From an uncultured Actinomycetota bacterium (GTDB lineage: Bacteria; Actinomycetota; Actinomycetes; Mycobacteriales; SCTD01), in the NCBI GenBank assembly GCA_963761695.1, contig CAVXIB010000010.1, positions 69,559 through 133,558 of the forward strand: a DNA stretch of 64,000 nucleotides. The letters run 5' to 3'. Made by a program: the position numbers and the translations under genes. The notes below the pieces were generated by a model, which was given only the letters and a program-made list of their open reading frames with translations, did not search any database and was not told where the DNA came from. This document shows positions 27,426-38,327 of this stretch, piece by piece; position 1 is the first letter of the stretch; the number at the start of each line of letters is the position of its first letter.

Positions 27426-28934
27426 CTAGGCGCCTGCGGCGCGGAGCTTGCCCTTGCTGACCTTGCCGGTGGCGGTCTGCGGGAGGGACGCGACGAACTC
27501 CACGGAGGTCGGGCACTTGAAGCGGGCCAGCGACCGCGAGCAGTGCGCGATGACCTCCTCGGCGGACAGCCGGGCGCCCGGTCGCAGCACCACCAGCGCC
27601 TTGACCGACTCACCCGTGTACGGGTGGGGCAGACCGAGGACCGCCGCCTCGACCACGTCGGGGTGCCCCGTGAGCACCTGCTCGACCTCACGCGGGTACA
27701 CGTTGAAGCCGCTCACCAGCACCATCTCCCGTCGCCGGTCGATGAGGTGGAGGTCGCCGTCGTCGTCCAGGACGCCGATGTCGCCCGTGGCGAACCAGCC
27801 CTGCTCGTCCGGTCCGTCGATGCCGTCGGGCCAGTAGCCGGAGAACAGGTTGTCGCCGCGCACGACGACCTCACCCGGGTCGCCGTCGTCGACGGCCCGT
27901 CCCTCCTCGTCGACCAGCCGCATCTCGACGCCGGGAATGGGCCGGCCGACCGAGCCGGCCTTGGCCACCTCGCTGCGCAGGGTGGTGGTCAGCACGGGAG
28001 CGGTCTCGGTCAGGCCGTAGCCCTCGAAGACGTGGTGCCCGGACGTGTCGAGCATGCGGTGGAGCACGGTGGCCGGCAGCGGCGCGGCCCCGGACAGCGC
28101 CAGGCGCACGCTGCTGAAGGCGTCACCGAGGTCGGGCAGCATGGACCAGGCGACGTACATGGGCGGCGCCCCCACCAGAGCGGTCACCTCGCAGCGGCGG
28201 ACCTGCTCCAGCGTCTCCACCGGGTCGAACCGCTCCACCAGCACCCCCGTGGCGGCCTGGTGCGCGACCAGGCCCAGCGCGCCGTTGAGCCCGTACACGT
28301 GGAACAGCGGCAGGACGAGCAGCACGACGTCGTCGGGGGCGACCACCGGCGGGTCGATCTCGGCGCACTGGTCGAGGTTGGCCCGCAGGGCCCGGTGGCT
28401 CAGCATCGCGCCGCGGGGCGTGCCGCTGGTCCCGCTGGTGTAGAGCACGACCGCGATCTGCTCACCGCCGTCGGCGCTCCCGGGGACCGGCGCGGATCCG
28501 GCCAGGAGCGCCTCCAGAGACCCGGGCCCGCTCCCGCCCACCAGCACCACGTGCTCCAGCGACGGCGCCTGCTCCCGTACCGCCTCTGCGTCGTCGGCGG
28601 CCGCGCGCGAGGTGATCAGGGCGCGCGCTCCGCTGTCGGCCACCAGGTGGCGAAGCTCGTCGCGGGTGTACCCGGTGTTGGCCGGCACGGCGACGAGCCC
28701 GGCCCGCAGGATGCCGAAGTAGGCGACCGGGAACTCGAGGGTGTTGCCGACCTGCAGCGCCACCCGGTCGCCCACCTCGAGCCCGAGCGCCCGCAGCCCC
28801 GCCGCGCAGCGGTCGATCTGCGCGTCGGTCTGCGCCCACGTCAGGGTGAGGTCGCGGTCGAGGAAGGCCGCCTTGTCCGGGTGGGCCCGGGCGGCGTCCC
28901 GCACCAGGTCGTCCAGGCGCGGTGCAGCGGTCAC
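27426..28934 (-). CDS. AMP-dependent synthetase / long-chain fatty-acid-CoA ligase
   Basis: AMP-binding signature YTSGTSGTPRGAM, GYGLTE, the TGDIGVLDDDGDLHLIDRRREM hinge and a C-terminal GKVSKGKLR. Confidence 0.85.
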   Translation of the reverse strand: MTAAPRLDDLVRDAARAHPDKAAFLDRDLTLTWAQTDAQIDRCAAGLRALGLEVGDRVALQVGNTLEFPVAYFGILRAGLVAVPANTGYTRDELRHLVADSGARALITSRAAADDAEAVREQAPSLEHVVLVGGSGPGSLEALLAGSAPVPGSADGGEQIAVVLYTSGTSGTPRGAMLSHRALRANLDQCAEIDPPVVAPDDVVLLVLPLFHVYGLNGALGLVAHQAATGVLVERFDPVETLEQVRRCEVTALVGAPPMYVAWSMLPDLGDAFSSVRLALSGAAPLPATVLHRMLDTSGHHVFEGYGLTETAPVLTTTLRSEVAKAGSVGRPIPGVEMRLVDEEGRAVDDGDPGEVVVRGDNLFSGYWPDGIDGPDEQGWFATGDIGVLDDDGDLHLIDRRREMVLVSGFNVYPREVEQVLTGHPDVVEAAVLGLPHPYTGESVKALVVLRPGARLSAEEVIAHCSRSLARFKCPTSVEFVASLPQTATGKVSKGKLRAAGA

Positions 28935-29040
28935 GGCAGAGCTCCTCGGCGGGCGGTAGGTCCGGCGGTCAGGGTCGAATCGGTCAGGGTCAGATCGGTC
29001 AGGGGCGGGCGCTCAGGGTCGGGCGCTCAGGTCGGATCGA

Positions 29041-31434
29041 TCAGGGATCCGGCCGGGCGGACACGGTCCCACGGCCGGCGCCAGGTGGCGCGGGACTCCC
29101 CGGAGGCCCGGGCAGCAGGGTCGGCTGCGGAGCAGGGGACGGCGGCGGGTCGTCCGGCGGCGGGCTCGCCTGCGGCTCCTCGGTGGCCGGCTGGGGCGAC
29201 GGGACCGCCGACGGCCGCTGCACGACCACCGGCGGGGGCGTCGACCGACGACGGCGACGCCGCGTCTCGGCGGTGGCGTCCGTCGAGGGCACGACCTGCG
29301 ACGACGGTGAGGCCGACGGTGGTCGCGGCGCCGCGCGCCCGGCCTGGATCTCGCGCAGGATGCCGAACGAGCGGTCGAAGATCCGCGCCGGGAGCGTCCC
29401 GCCGTAGACCTGCGGCACGCCGTGGATCCCCTTCATGCCTCCGCAGGAAGAGCTGGCCTGCACGCCCTTGCAGGTGATGTCCTCGTAGCCCATCCACACG
29501 GCGAGGCACAGGTTCTGGGGTGACCGCGCGCAGCCGATCCACCAGGCGTCGGTGCTGTCGTTGGTCGTGCCGGTCTTGCCGAAGACCTCGAACGCCTGCG
29601 CCGCGGCGCGGCCGGTACCGCGGGTGACGACGTCGCGCATGGCGGAGACCACCCGGTCGGCGACGTCGACCGGGAGCACGCGCTCACCCGCGGGCTTGGC
29701 CGGCTCGGCGTCGACCACCTGCGACGGCGCCCCCGCCTCGCCGGTGCGGCGGATCTCGGTGAAGAAGCGGGGCGGCACGCTCACGCCGTGGTTGGCCAGG
29801 GTGCCGTAGGCGTTGGCCATCGACAGCGGCGTGACCAGCGCGGTCGTTCCCAGGCCGAAGCTCTCCGGGTTCGGGTCCAGCGGCAGGCGCGGGCCGTCGC
29901 CGTCGGGGTCCAGCGCCTTGACCCCGGCGTCGAGCATGGTCTGGCGCACCTTGCTGTGGCCGGCCTCGTCGGCCAGCGGCACGAAGATCGTGTTGACGGA
30001 GCTCGCGAGCGCGCTGCGCAGCGAGAAGGTGCCCTGCTCCCCGCCGTCGCTGTTGCAGTACTCGCCCTTCTCCCGCTTGTCCTGGTAGGGCCGGCACTGG
30101 GGCGCGTAGCGGGTCTCGGACAGCCGGCGGCCCTGCTCCAGCGCCGTGGCCAGCGTGAAGGGCTTGATGGTCGACCCGGTCGAGCGGTAGGCGTTGGTCG
30201 CCAGGTTGTAGCCGTCGCGCTGGTAGCCCGAGACGGCCGGCCGCGGCGCCCGCACCCGGCCCTTGCTGTCCGGCTCGTAGGTCTTGGCGGGGTGCCGGCG
30301 CAGCGTGGTCATCGCCTTGACGTCGCCGTTGCGGATGTCGATCGCCACGACGGCGGTCTGCGGGTCGCGGTCGTCGGGGAGCACCTCCCGCGCGGCGCGC
30401 GAGACGGCCTCCTGCAGGTCGAGGTCGAGCGTGGTCCGCACCCGCAGGCCGCCGCGGAAGAGCACGTCCTCGTCGTTCTCGAACTTCGCCCGCAGCTGCG
30501 CCTTGACCAGGTCGGCGTACTCCGGGGCCGAGGTCGGCGGCTCCGGCGGCGTCTCCTGCAGGGGCTTGACGCCCCGGTCGGCGGCCCGGCTGGCGTCGGC
30601 GCTGTCGATGTACCCCGCGATCACCATGCGGTTGAGCGTGTACTTCTGCCGCGTCTTGGAGGTCGCGAAGTCGCGCACCGGGTTCCAGGCCGACGGCGCG
30701 GGCGCCATGCCGGCCAGCAGGCTGGCCCGGGCGAGCTCGAGGTTGGGGTCCCTCTCCCCGGTGCCCTCGTTGAGCGCGAGGTCCTTCACCGGCACGCCGA
30801 AGTAGTAGCGGGCCGCAGCATCGACGCCGTAGGTGCCGTTGCCGAGGTACAGGGCGTTGAGGTAGTCGGTGAGGATCTCCTCCTTCGACTTCTCCCCCTC
30901 GAGCCGCACCGCGAGCGCCGCCTCCCGCACCTTGCGCAGCAGGGTGCGGTCGTTGCCGACGTAGGCGTTCTTGACGTACTGCTGGGTGAGGGTCGAACCG
31001 CCCTGGCGCCGGCCGCCGGACAGGTCGCGGTAGGCGGCGCGGACGGTGGCGAGCGGGTCGACGCCGTCGTGGTCGAGGAAGCGCTCGTCCTCGGCCGAGA
31101 TGATCGCCTCGCGCATCACCGGCGGGATCTCCTCGGCCGGCACCACCTTGCGGCGGGTCGGCGGCGGGATCGAGGCGAACTGGGTCTTGCCGTCCGCGGC
31201 CAGCAGCAGCACGGACTTCTGCTCGGGCAGGATGTCCTTGCTGAAGTCGGCGGGGGCCGCGAGCAGCCCGCCCACGAAGGTGGACGTGCCGACGAGCACG
31301 GCCAGGACCAGGACCAGGACCACCCGGGCGGCCCGGCGGCCCCGACGGCGGCGTCGGGCGGCGCGGGACAGCCGCGGCCGCGGCGCGGACGGGTCGGCAC
31401 GACGCGGGGCTCGGACCGGACCCGCGGACGCCAT
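29041..31434 (-). CDS. Class A penicillin-binding protein (transglycosylase + transpeptidase) with Pro-rich C-terminal tail
   Basis: GT51 motifs (AIISAEDERFLDHDGVD, RQGGSTLTQQYVKN), transpeptidase STIKPF and KTGTTND. ATG 31434 is in frame. Confidence 0.9.
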   Translation of the reverse strand: MASAGPVRAPRRADPSAPRPRLSRAARRRRRGRRAARVVLVLVLAVLVGTSTFVGGLLAAPADFSKDILPEQKSVLLLAADGKTQFASIPPPTRRKVVPAEEIPPVMREAIISAEDERFLDHDGVDPLATVRAAYRDLSGGRRQGGSTLTQQYVKNAYVGNDRTLLRKVREAALAVRLEGEKSKEEILTDYLNALYLGNGTYGVDAAARYYFGVPVKDLALNEGTGERDPNLELARASLLAGMAPAPSAWNPVRDFATSKTRQKYTLNRMVIAGYIDSADASRAADRGVKPLQETPPEPPTSAPEYADLVKAQLRAKFENDEDVLFRGGLRVRTTLDLDLQEAVSRAAREVLPDDRDPQTAVVAIDIRNGDVKAMTTLRRHPAKTYEPDSKGRVRAPRPAVSGYQRDGYNLATNAYRSTGSTIKPFTLATALEQGRRLSETRYAPQCRPYQDKREKGEYCNSDGGEQGTFSLRSALASSVNTIFVPLADEAGHSKVRQTMLDAGVKALDPDGDGPRLPLDPNPESFGLGTTALVTPLSMANAYGTLANHGVSVPPRFFTEIRRTGEAGAPSQVVDAEPAKPAGERVLPVDVADRVVSAMRDVVTRGTGRAAAQAFEVFGKTGTTNDSTDAWWIGCARSPQNLCLAVWMGYEDITCKGVQASSSCGGMKGIHGVPQVYGGTLPARIFDRSFGILREIQAGRAAPRPPSASPSSQVVPSTDATAETRRRRRRSTPPPVVVQRPSAVPSPQPATEEPQASPPPDDPPPSPAPQPTLLPGPPGSPAPPGAGRGTVSARPDP

Positions 31435-31651
31435 GGGCCAAGGGTACGTCCGGGCACCCTTTCCGCCCGCGGTCCTCAACAGTGCGACCAGGTCTGCCGA
31501 TGGGCTGTCAGGAGGCCCTCGAAGCCTTAGCATCTGGCGAAGCCGCGCTCCCCGCCCCCCTCCCGGGTCGACGGCCCGTCGTCCGTCCGAGCCTGGAGAG
31601 GTCCGTCATGTCCCGGCCCGCGCCCGTCGACCCCGTGGCCTGCGCCGCGCG

Positions 31652-32542
31652 GTGCGCGCCGTGAGCCGGCCGTCGCGGGGGCCGTCCCAGCGTGCCGGCC
31701 TGGCCGCACTGTCCGCCGCGGTCCGCGAGGTGCAGGTCGACCAGGTGCGGCGCCGCGCGCGGGCGTCCCTGCTCGCCGCCTCGGGTGACCCGGGCGAGAT
31801 CGTGGCGGCCCGGTACCGCATCGCGACCGAGCGGGTCGGTGGGCTCGGCGGGCCCCCCGCCGTCGTCGAGGTCACCGTCCCCACGCCCGCACCGGCCGGC
31901 GACGACGACCCCGCCCTGGGCGGCGACGTCGCGATCCCCGGCCAGCTTGCCGGGGGGACCGTGGCCGCCGCGGAGGGCGACGTCGCCGTCGCGCTGGCCC
32001 TGGTGCACCGCGCGCAGGCGGGCGACGCCGAGGCCTTCGGCGAGCTCTACGACCGCTACGTCGACCTCGTCTACCGCTACGTCTACTACCGGGTGAGCAG
32101 CCAGCAGCTGGCCGAGGACCTCACCAGCGAGACCTTCCTGCGGGCGCTGCGCCGGATCAGCTCGTTCACCTGGCAGGGCCGCGACGTCGGCGCGTGGTTC
32201 GTGACCATCGCCCGCAACCTCATCGCCGACCACTACAAGAGCAGCCGCTACCGCCTCGAGGCGACCACGGACGACGTCACCACGTCGGTCCCCACCGCCC
32301 GCCTGACCCAGGACGGCCCCGAGGACTCGGTGCTGGAGGCCATGCAGAACAAGGTGCTGCTCGAGGCGGTCAAGCAGCTCGGCCCCGAGCAGCAGGAGTG
32401 CATCGTGCTGCGCTTCCTGCAGGGCCTGTCGGTCGCCGAGACCGCCCAGGTCATGGGCAAGAACGAGGGGGCGATCAAGGCGCTGCAGTACCGCGCCGTA
32501 CGCGCGCTCGGCCGCCTGCTCCCCGAGGGGGTGCAGGTGTGA
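31652..32542 (+). CDS. Sigma-70/ECF-type sigma factor with N-terminal extension (start uncertain: GTG 31652, 31661 or later)
   Basis: Region 2 (FGELYDRYVDLVYRYVYYRV...AEDLTSETFLRAL...WFVTIARNLIADHYK) and region 4 (QQECIVLRFLQGLSVAETAQVMGKNEGAIKALQYRAVRAL). The longer track ORF overlaps the PBP gene on the other strand. Confidence 0.8.
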   Translation: MRAVSRPSRGPSQRAGLAALSAAVREVQVDQVRRRARASLLAASGDPGEIVAARYRIATERVGGLGGPPAVVEVTVPTPAPAGDDDPALGGDVAIPGQLAGGTVAAAEGDVAVALALVHRAQAGDAEAFGELYDRYVDLVYRYVYYRVSSQQLAEDLTSETFLRALRRISSFTWQGRDVGAWFVTIARNLIADHYKSSRYRLEATTDDVTTSVPTARLTQDGPEDSVLEAMQNKVLLEAVKQLGPEQQECIVLRFLQGLSVAETAQVMGKNEGAIKALQYRAVRALGRLLPEGVQV

Positions 32543-32675
32543 GGAGCCGGATGCGTGCGTTCCTGGTCACATCGGGTCATCCTGGGCGTCCACCCGTTGC
32601 CTGCGAGGGGGTCCCCTCGTTGACCTCTCCGACGACCGGCGCGGTCGGCACGACGTTCCGAGGGGAGACCGCACG

Positions 32676-34094
32676 ATGAGCGTGTTCGGCACCCGCTCGG
32701 CCGCAGCCGAGCTCGCCCGCCTGCTCGATGCCGCCTCGACCGGGCTGACGGCCGGGATCGCCACCGGCCCCGCTCCGGCTGCCGGCTCCCCCGCCCGGCT
32801 GGCCGACCTGGCCCTGCGCCTGCAGGCCAGCGCCCCCGCGCTGGCCGCCGCGGCGGCTCCCCGAGCCGACTTCCGGGCCACGCTGCGCACCCGTCTGGTC
32901 GCCGTCGCCTCGGTCCAGTCCTACGCCCCGACCGCCGTCGAGGGCGCCGGTGCCGTGCGTGCGGCGGCCCGTGAGGCCGCGCTGTCCTGGAGCCAGGGCG
33001 CCCGGGCCCGCCGGGCCGCCGGTGTCGCGGTCGGCGCCATGGCCGGCGTCGTCGTCGTGGCCGGGATCGGCGCGGCCGGCGCCCAGTCGCTGCCGGGCGA
33101 CCCCTTCTACGGCGTGAAGAAGGCCGGCGAGTCGGCCGAGCTGCGCGCCGCCGACGGCCCGGCCGAGCGCGGCACGACGCACCTGCGACAGGCCACCCGG
33201 CGGCTCGACGAGGTCACCCGCCTCACCCGCGGCCGCGACGCCGTGTCGGTCGCGGCGCTCGGCGGGTCCGGGCCGGTCGCCGGGGGCGCGACCACCGAGC
33301 TGGTCGTCGACACCCTCACCGCCATGGACGACGCCACCCGCGAGGGGTCGCGGCTGCTCCTGCAGGTCGCCGACGCCGAGAACCGGCCCGCGCTGCTCGA
33401 GCGCGTGACCACCTTCTCGGCGCGCCAGGACCGCGCGCTGCAGGCGTTGGTCCCCGGGCTGCCGCTCGCGGCCGCCTACCGCGTCCAGCAGAGCCGCGTG
33501 CTGGTGGGCGAGATCGGCACCACCGCGCTGACCCAGCTGCTCGAGGACCTTCCGGTCCCTTCCACCGTCACCGCGCCGCCGACCGCCCCCGGCGCCGACG
33601 TGCCTGCGCCCCCGTCCGCCGCCGTCGACGGCTCCACTCCGGCCGAGGTCACCCCCCGCCCTGCCGCGGCGACCACCCCGACGGCGCAGGCCGAGCCGAC
33701 GCCGGCCCCCGCCGCGTCCGGGCCCGGCTCGACGTCGACCGCCCCGGCCCCGACGCCGACCCGCATGCCCTCGCCGAGGCCCACGTCGGGCCTGCCGGTC
33801 CCCGGGCCGGTGGTCTCCTTCCCGGTGACCCTCCCGGTGCCCGTGCCGACCGCACTGCCCTCGGTGCCGCTGCCCTCGCTGCCGCTGCCTTCCGTGCCGC
33901 TGCCTTCCGTGCCGGCGCTGCCGGTGCCGCTGCCCTCGGTGCCGGCGCTGCCGACGGCGACTCCGTCGTTGCCGGCCCTCCCCCCGCTGCCGGGCCTGCC
34001 GGTGGTCCCGACGCTGCCGGGGCTCCCCGGTCTCCCGGCGCTGCAGGTGGTCCCGGCGGTGCCGAGTCCGTCCGCCGGTCCCGCGGCCTCCTGA
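32676..34094 (+). CDS. DUF5667-like membrane protein downstream of the sigma factor (possible anti-sigma) with Pro-rich repeat tail
   Basis: TM AAGVAVGAMAGVVVVAGIGAAGA followed by LPGDPFYGVKKAGE. The C-terminus has LPSVPLPS / LPGLPG repeats. Confidence 0.55.
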   Translation: MSVFGTRSAAAELARLLDAASTGLTAGIATGPAPAAGSPARLADLALRLQASAPALAAAAAPRADFRATLRTRLVAVASVQSYAPTAVEGAGAVRAAAREAALSWSQGARARRAAGVAVGAMAGVVVVAGIGAAGAQSLPGDPFYGVKKAGESAELRAADGPAERGTTHLRQATRRLDEVTRLTRGRDAVSVAALGGSGPVAGGATTELVVDTLTAMDDATREGSRLLLQVADAENRPALLERVTTFSARQDRALQALVPGLPLAAAYRVQQSRVLVGEIGTTALTQLLEDLPVPSTVTAPPTAPGADVPAPPSAAVDGSTPAEVTPRPAAATTPTAQAEPTPAPAASGPGSTSTAPAPTPTRMPSPRPTSGLPVPGPVVSFPVTLPVPVPTALPSVPLPSLPLPSVPLPSVPALPVPLPSVPALPTATPSLPALPPLPGLPVVPTLPGLPGLPALQVVPAVPSPSAGPAAS

Positions 34095-34283
34095 TCCCGT
34101 CGCCCTGACCCTGTTTCCGACAGGGCGCGTCCGGCGAGGCCCTGGTCGCTGCCGGCTGCCCTCCGGAGCGAGGCCACCCGGCGCGAAGCAGTCCTGTGGC
34201 ACCCGTCACCGCCGGGACGGCCGCTCGTTGAGGTGTCCGAGCAGCCGCGCCGCGCGGCCCCCGTTCGTGGAAGAGGACCCTGG

Positions 34284-35747
34284 ATGACCGCCCCCGCCCG
34301 CAGCACCCGCACCCTCGCGCTTGCCCTCGCGACCGGCACCCTGTTCGCCGCCGGAACCGGGAGCGCCCTCGCCGCCCCCGCTCCCGCACCTCTGGTGGCC
34401 GCCGCGGGCACGGGCTCGGCGCTCGAGATCACCCTCAACCTGCCCACCGGGATCAGCCTCCCGGGCCTTGGCTCCTCCGTGACCCAGACGATCGCGCTGA
34501 CCGACGGATCGGTCTCCACCGTGGGGACCGCCAGTGCGGTCACGAGCGCACTGCTCGGCAAGGGCGCCACTCCGGTGCTGTCCCAGCTGCTCGCCGCCTC
34601 GACCTCCGCCTCGCTGACCGCTCCCGAGCAGCGCAGCGCGGCCGGTCCGACGCTGGACCAGGCCGGCCTGAAGCTGGCGCTGCTCCCCCTGCTCAGCCGG
34701 GTCCAGGACCCGACCCGCGACGGCGTCCTCGCCCAGAGCACCAGCGGCATCGCCCGGCTGGCCGTCACCGGCGACCTGCTTCCGGCCCAGCTCGACGCCG
34801 TCACCGCACCCGTCCAGGCGGTCCTCGCTCCGGCGCTCGAGCAGGTCTCCGGCACGGCCACCGAGGCCACGACCACGGTGGCGCAGACGGTCGGCACCGC
34901 CGTCGACACGCTCAACGACGCCCTCGCCCCCACCCCGGCCGGCGCGCCCACCGCTCCCCTCACCGGGGCGGCCAAGGACGCCGTGACCGACGCCGTCGCG
35001 GCCCTCAACAGCACGCTGACCGGCCTCACCGACACGCTGGCCCACCTCGACGACGTCACCAGCCTGGTGTCCCTCGGCGCGGTCTCGAGCGACCAGACGA
35101 TCACCCGCAAGGGCTCGGCGGTCACCTCGACGGTCGCCAACACCGTCACGTCCCTCGACGTCCTCGGCGGACTGGTCGCCATCGACGCGATCACCTCCCG
35201 CGCCGTGGCGACCGCCGGCGGTTCCGCCGGTTCCGGCAAGGCCTCCTTCACCGCGCCGGTCCTGGACATCAAGGTCGCCGACGGCGCCCTCGGCTTCCGG
35301 ATCGACGAGGCCGGGGCGCAGCTGACCGGCCTGGTCACCGACGCCCTGCCAGCCGACCTCAAGCCCGTCGTCGACGGCGCGCTCGGCTCCGTCAACGGCC
35401 TGCTGTCGCAGCTCGCCGGCGTCGAGGTCTCCTACGGCAAGGGCCTGACCGAGATCGCTCCCGACGGCACGTCCTCGGCCTCGGAGGTCGCCGCCACGAC
35501 GCTGACGGTCAACCCGGCCGGGCTCGCCGCCCTCATGCCCGCCGGCAAGAAGTTCCTGACCGTCCGCCTGGTCCAGGCCAAGGCCAGCGCCTCCAGCCGG
35601 CTCGTCGCCGCGCCGGTGACGGCTCCCGTGACCGCCCCCAAGGCGCTTCCGCGCACCGGCGGCGCCCCGCTGGCCGCCGTCGTCGCCTCGGCCCTGGTGG
35701 GCCTGGCCCTGGTGGTCCGCCGCCGCCGGGTCGGCCTGCAGGGGTAG
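34284..35747 (+). CDS. LPXTG cell-wall-anchored surface protein (same sorting-signal type as 231-2249)
   Basis: ATG 34284 follows GAAGAGGA. Signal peptide TLALALATGTLFAAGTGSALA. C-terminal LPRTG, hydrophobic helix and RRRR. Confidence 0.7.
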   Translation: MTAPARSTRTLALALATGTLFAAGTGSALAAPAPAPLVAAAGTGSALEITLNLPTGISLPGLGSSVTQTIALTDGSVSTVGTASAVTSALLGKGATPVLSQLLAASTSASLTAPEQRSAAGPTLDQAGLKLALLPLLSRVQDPTRDGVLAQSTSGIARLAVTGDLLPAQLDAVTAPVQAVLAPALEQVSGTATEATTTVAQTVGTAVDTLNDALAPTPAGAPTAPLTGAAKDAVTDAVAALNSTLTGLTDTLAHLDDVTSLVSLGAVSSDQTITRKGSAVTSTVANTVTSLDVLGGLVAIDAITSRAVATAGGSAGSGKASFTAPVLDIKVADGALGFRIDEAGAQLTGLVTDALPADLKPVVDGALGSVNGLLSQLAGVEVSYGKGLTEIAPDGTSSASEVAATTLTVNPAGLAALMPAGKKFLTVRLVQAKASASSRLVAAPVTAPVTAPKALPRTGGAPLAAVVASALVGLALVVRRRRVGLQG

Positions 35748-35761
35748 CCCTCCGCCGCTCG

Positions 35762-35796
35762 CAGCGCCCCCGTCCGCACCTCGGACGGGGGCGCTG
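35762..35796 (+). terminator. Strong hairpin (15-bp perfect stem, 5-nt loop) after the LPXTG gene
   Basis: cagcgcccccgtccg-cacct-cggacgggggcgctg, starting 15 nt after the stop codon. Confidence 0.6.
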
Positions 35797-36010
35797 CCGC
35801 GTTCCGCTCCTGCTCAGCCCGCTTCTCGCCCGCTGCTTCTTGCCCGCTCCTTGCCCGCTTCTTGCCCGCTGATCTTCCCCTCGGTGCGGCCGACCCGCCG
35901 CGGCGGACCACCACGGGTCGACGCTCGACGCGAGGGAAGCGCGGCCTAGATTGGGGCCGCCCGACCGACAGCCCGCACCGACCGACAGCCCGCACCGACT
36001 GGAGTCCCCC

Positions 36011-36964
36011 GTGCCGAGCCCTCTGAGCCTGCGCCGCCGACGTCCGGGCGGGGAGGACGGGGTCGCCGCCGTGCTGGCCGGAGCGGCGTCGGCGGCCGCC
36101 GCCGAGGTGGAGGCCTCGATCGGTGTGTCCCCCGACCCCACCGCGGCGGCCTTCTTCGACTGCGACAACACCATGATCCGCGGCGCCTCGATCTACTTCT
36201 TCGGCAAGGGCATGGCCGGGCGGGGACTGATCAGCACGGGCGACATCCTGCGGTTCGGCTGGGAGCAGCTGCGCTTCCGGGTGCGCGGCAAGGAGGACCT
36301 CGAGGCGGTGGCCGAGGCCCGCGACAAGGCGCTCGGCCTCGTCGCCGGCAAGTCGGTCTCGGAGATCGTCACCTACGGCGAGGAGATCTACGACGAGCTC
36401 ATGGAGCGACGGATCTGGTCCGGCACCCGGGCGCTCGCCCAGCAGCACCTCGACGCCGGTCAGCGCGTCTGGCTGGTGACCGCCACCCCCGTGGAGCTCG
36501 CCCGGATCATCGCGCAGCGGCTCGGCCTCACCGGTGCGCTCGGGACGGTCAGCGAGGTCGAGGACGGCCTCTACACCGGGCGTCTGGTCGGCGAGCCGCT
36601 GCACGGTCCGGCCAAGGCCGAGGCCGTCCGCGCGCTGGCCGAGCGGGAGGGGCTCGACCTGTCGCGCTGCACCGCCTACAGCGACTCCTCCAACGACATC
36701 CCGCTGTTCGAGGCGGTCGGCCACGCCGTGGCCATCAACCCGGACTCCGCCCTGCGTGCCACGGCTCGTGAGCGGGGCTGGGTCGTCCGTGACTTCCGCA
36801 CCGGACGCCGCGCGGCGAAGATCGGCGTCCCCACGGCCGCCGGCGTGGGGGCACTCGCGGGCGGCATCGTCGGGGGGCTGGCCCTGCAGCGACGGCACGC
36901 GGGCCACGGTCACCTCGAGCAGTGGCGCCGGGCCGCGCGGCACCCGGTACGCCACTTCCGCTGA
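36011..36964 (+). CDS. HAD-IB family hydrolase (SerB-like) with C-terminal membrane-like tail
   Basis: Motif I FFDCDNT, motif II VTATP, motif [19 protein letters not shown] 36011 follows GGAG. Confidence 0.8.
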   Translation: MPSPLSLRRRRPGGEDGVAAVLAGAASAAAAEVEASIGVSPDPTAAAFFDCDNTMIRGASIYFFGKGMAGRGLISTGDILRFGWEQLRFRVRGKEDLEAVAEARDKALGLVAGKSVSEIVTYGEEIYDELMERRIWSGTRALAQQHLDAGQRVWLVTATPVELARIIAQRLGLTGALGTVSEVEDGLYTGRLVGEPLHGPAKAEAVRALAEREGLDLSRCTAYSDSSNDIPLFEAVGHAVAINPDSALRATARERGWVVRDFRTGRRAAKIGVPTAAGVGALAGGIVGGLALQRRHAGHGHLEQWRRAARHPVRHFR

Positions 36965-37234
36965 CCGCATCGGAGCGGGCTCCGGAGGGTCGCGGTCCTG
37001 AGCGCCCGAGTGTCCGAATGTCCGAGCGCAGGTGCTGCCAGGCCGTGACCTGCCATGCCGTGATCTCCCCAGCCCCGTGAGCTGCCTGGCGGGTGACCTC
37101 CCCAGCCCCGTGCGACGGACTGCACCCGGACGGGGCGGCACCGGACCGCAGGACCCGCCGGGAGCCTCAGGAGTTGCCCCAGGTCACAGGTCTGGGCGCA
37201 CGCCGTCGCACGCCACCCCGCGTCGCGGTAACGG

Positions 37235-38246
37235 TCAGCCGAGCCGGGTCCCGATCGACTCCCGCCCCGCAGACGGCTCCGGCGCGTCCGCAGCCCCACC
37301 CTCGGACCCACCCCCGGGCACTCCTGCCGGCGCCCCGGCCGCCGCTGCGAGGTCGGGCCCGGCCAGCGCAGCGGCCACCCCGGCCCGCGGTCGCCGCCCG
37401 GCCAGGTAGGCCCCCGCCAGCACCAGCACGAGTCCCAGCGCCCCGAGGGCGGTGACCCGCTCGTCCCGCAGCACCACCCCGTACCCCACCGCGAACACCG
37501 GGGCGAGGTAGGTGACCAGGACGGTCCGCTCGGGTCCGACCTCGTCGACGAGCCAGTAGAAGCCGACGAAGGCCAGCCCGGTGCCGACCAGGCCGAGCAC
37601 CGCGACGGCGGCGACCCCGCGGCCGCTCGGCAGCCGGTTCGGCAGGTCGAGCAGGAACGGGGGCAGCAGCAGGACGCTGCTGGCCGTGAGGACGCCGGTG
37701 AGCAGCGCCTGCCGCGGGATGTCCGGGAAGCGCACCGCCGTCCAGGACGCCCCGACGGCGTAGCCCGCCGCGGCCAGCAGCACCAGACCGCAGCCCACGA
37801 GGCCGTCCCGACCGGCGGCCTGGGCACCCAGCAGCAGCCCGACCCCCAAGATCCCGACGAGCAGGCCGGCCCAGACCAGGCCGCGGGGCGCCGGACGGCC
37901 GAGGGCCGGCGCCAGCAGCGCCCCCCACAGCGGGGTGCTCGCCACCAGCGTCCCCGCGAGACCGCTCGGGATGCTCGCGCTCCCCCACGGCGATCAGCAG
38001 CATGGGCGCCGCCTGCTGGACGAGCGCCAGCAGGAAGACCGCCCGCCACCGGCCGCGCAGGGCGCCGAGCTGACGACGGGAGAGCAGACCCACCAGGACG
38101 GCGGCGGGGACGAACCGGAACAGGGTGAGCGCCGCCGGCGTCGTGGAGTCGAGCGCCACCGAGATCAGCAGGTAGGAGCCGCCCCAGGTCGCGGCCAGGC
38201 CGAGCAGGACGAGCAGGGGCAGCAGGCGGGTCGACCGGGGAGTCAC
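37235..38246 (-). pseudogene. EamA/DMT family transporter, one extra base as sequenced (C5 run at 37982-37986)
   Basis: The N-terminal half MTPRSTRLLPLLVLLGLAATWGGSYLLI...LLIAVG is in one frame. The continuation SIPSGLAGTLVASTPLWGALL... is in the next. Removing one base from the run restores IAVGSASIPSGLAG. Length is 1012 nt. Confidence 0.7.
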
Positions 38247-38327
38247 CCCGGCAGGTTCGCACCGGCGACCCGGTAGATCCAGCGACGAGTTCTGACGAAC
38301 ACATCACGTCCGCTGTACGGTCGCGCC

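Noticed and set aside
26244-29477. 1077-codon + strand ORF
   Set aside because: It runs through the repeat-filled intergenic region and then antisense through the glutaredoxin-like and acyl-CoA synthetase genes. It has no coding-like features.
33476-35395. 639-codon - strand ORF
   Set aside because: It is antisense to the DUF5667-like and LPXTG genes. It is low-complexity, with no start context.
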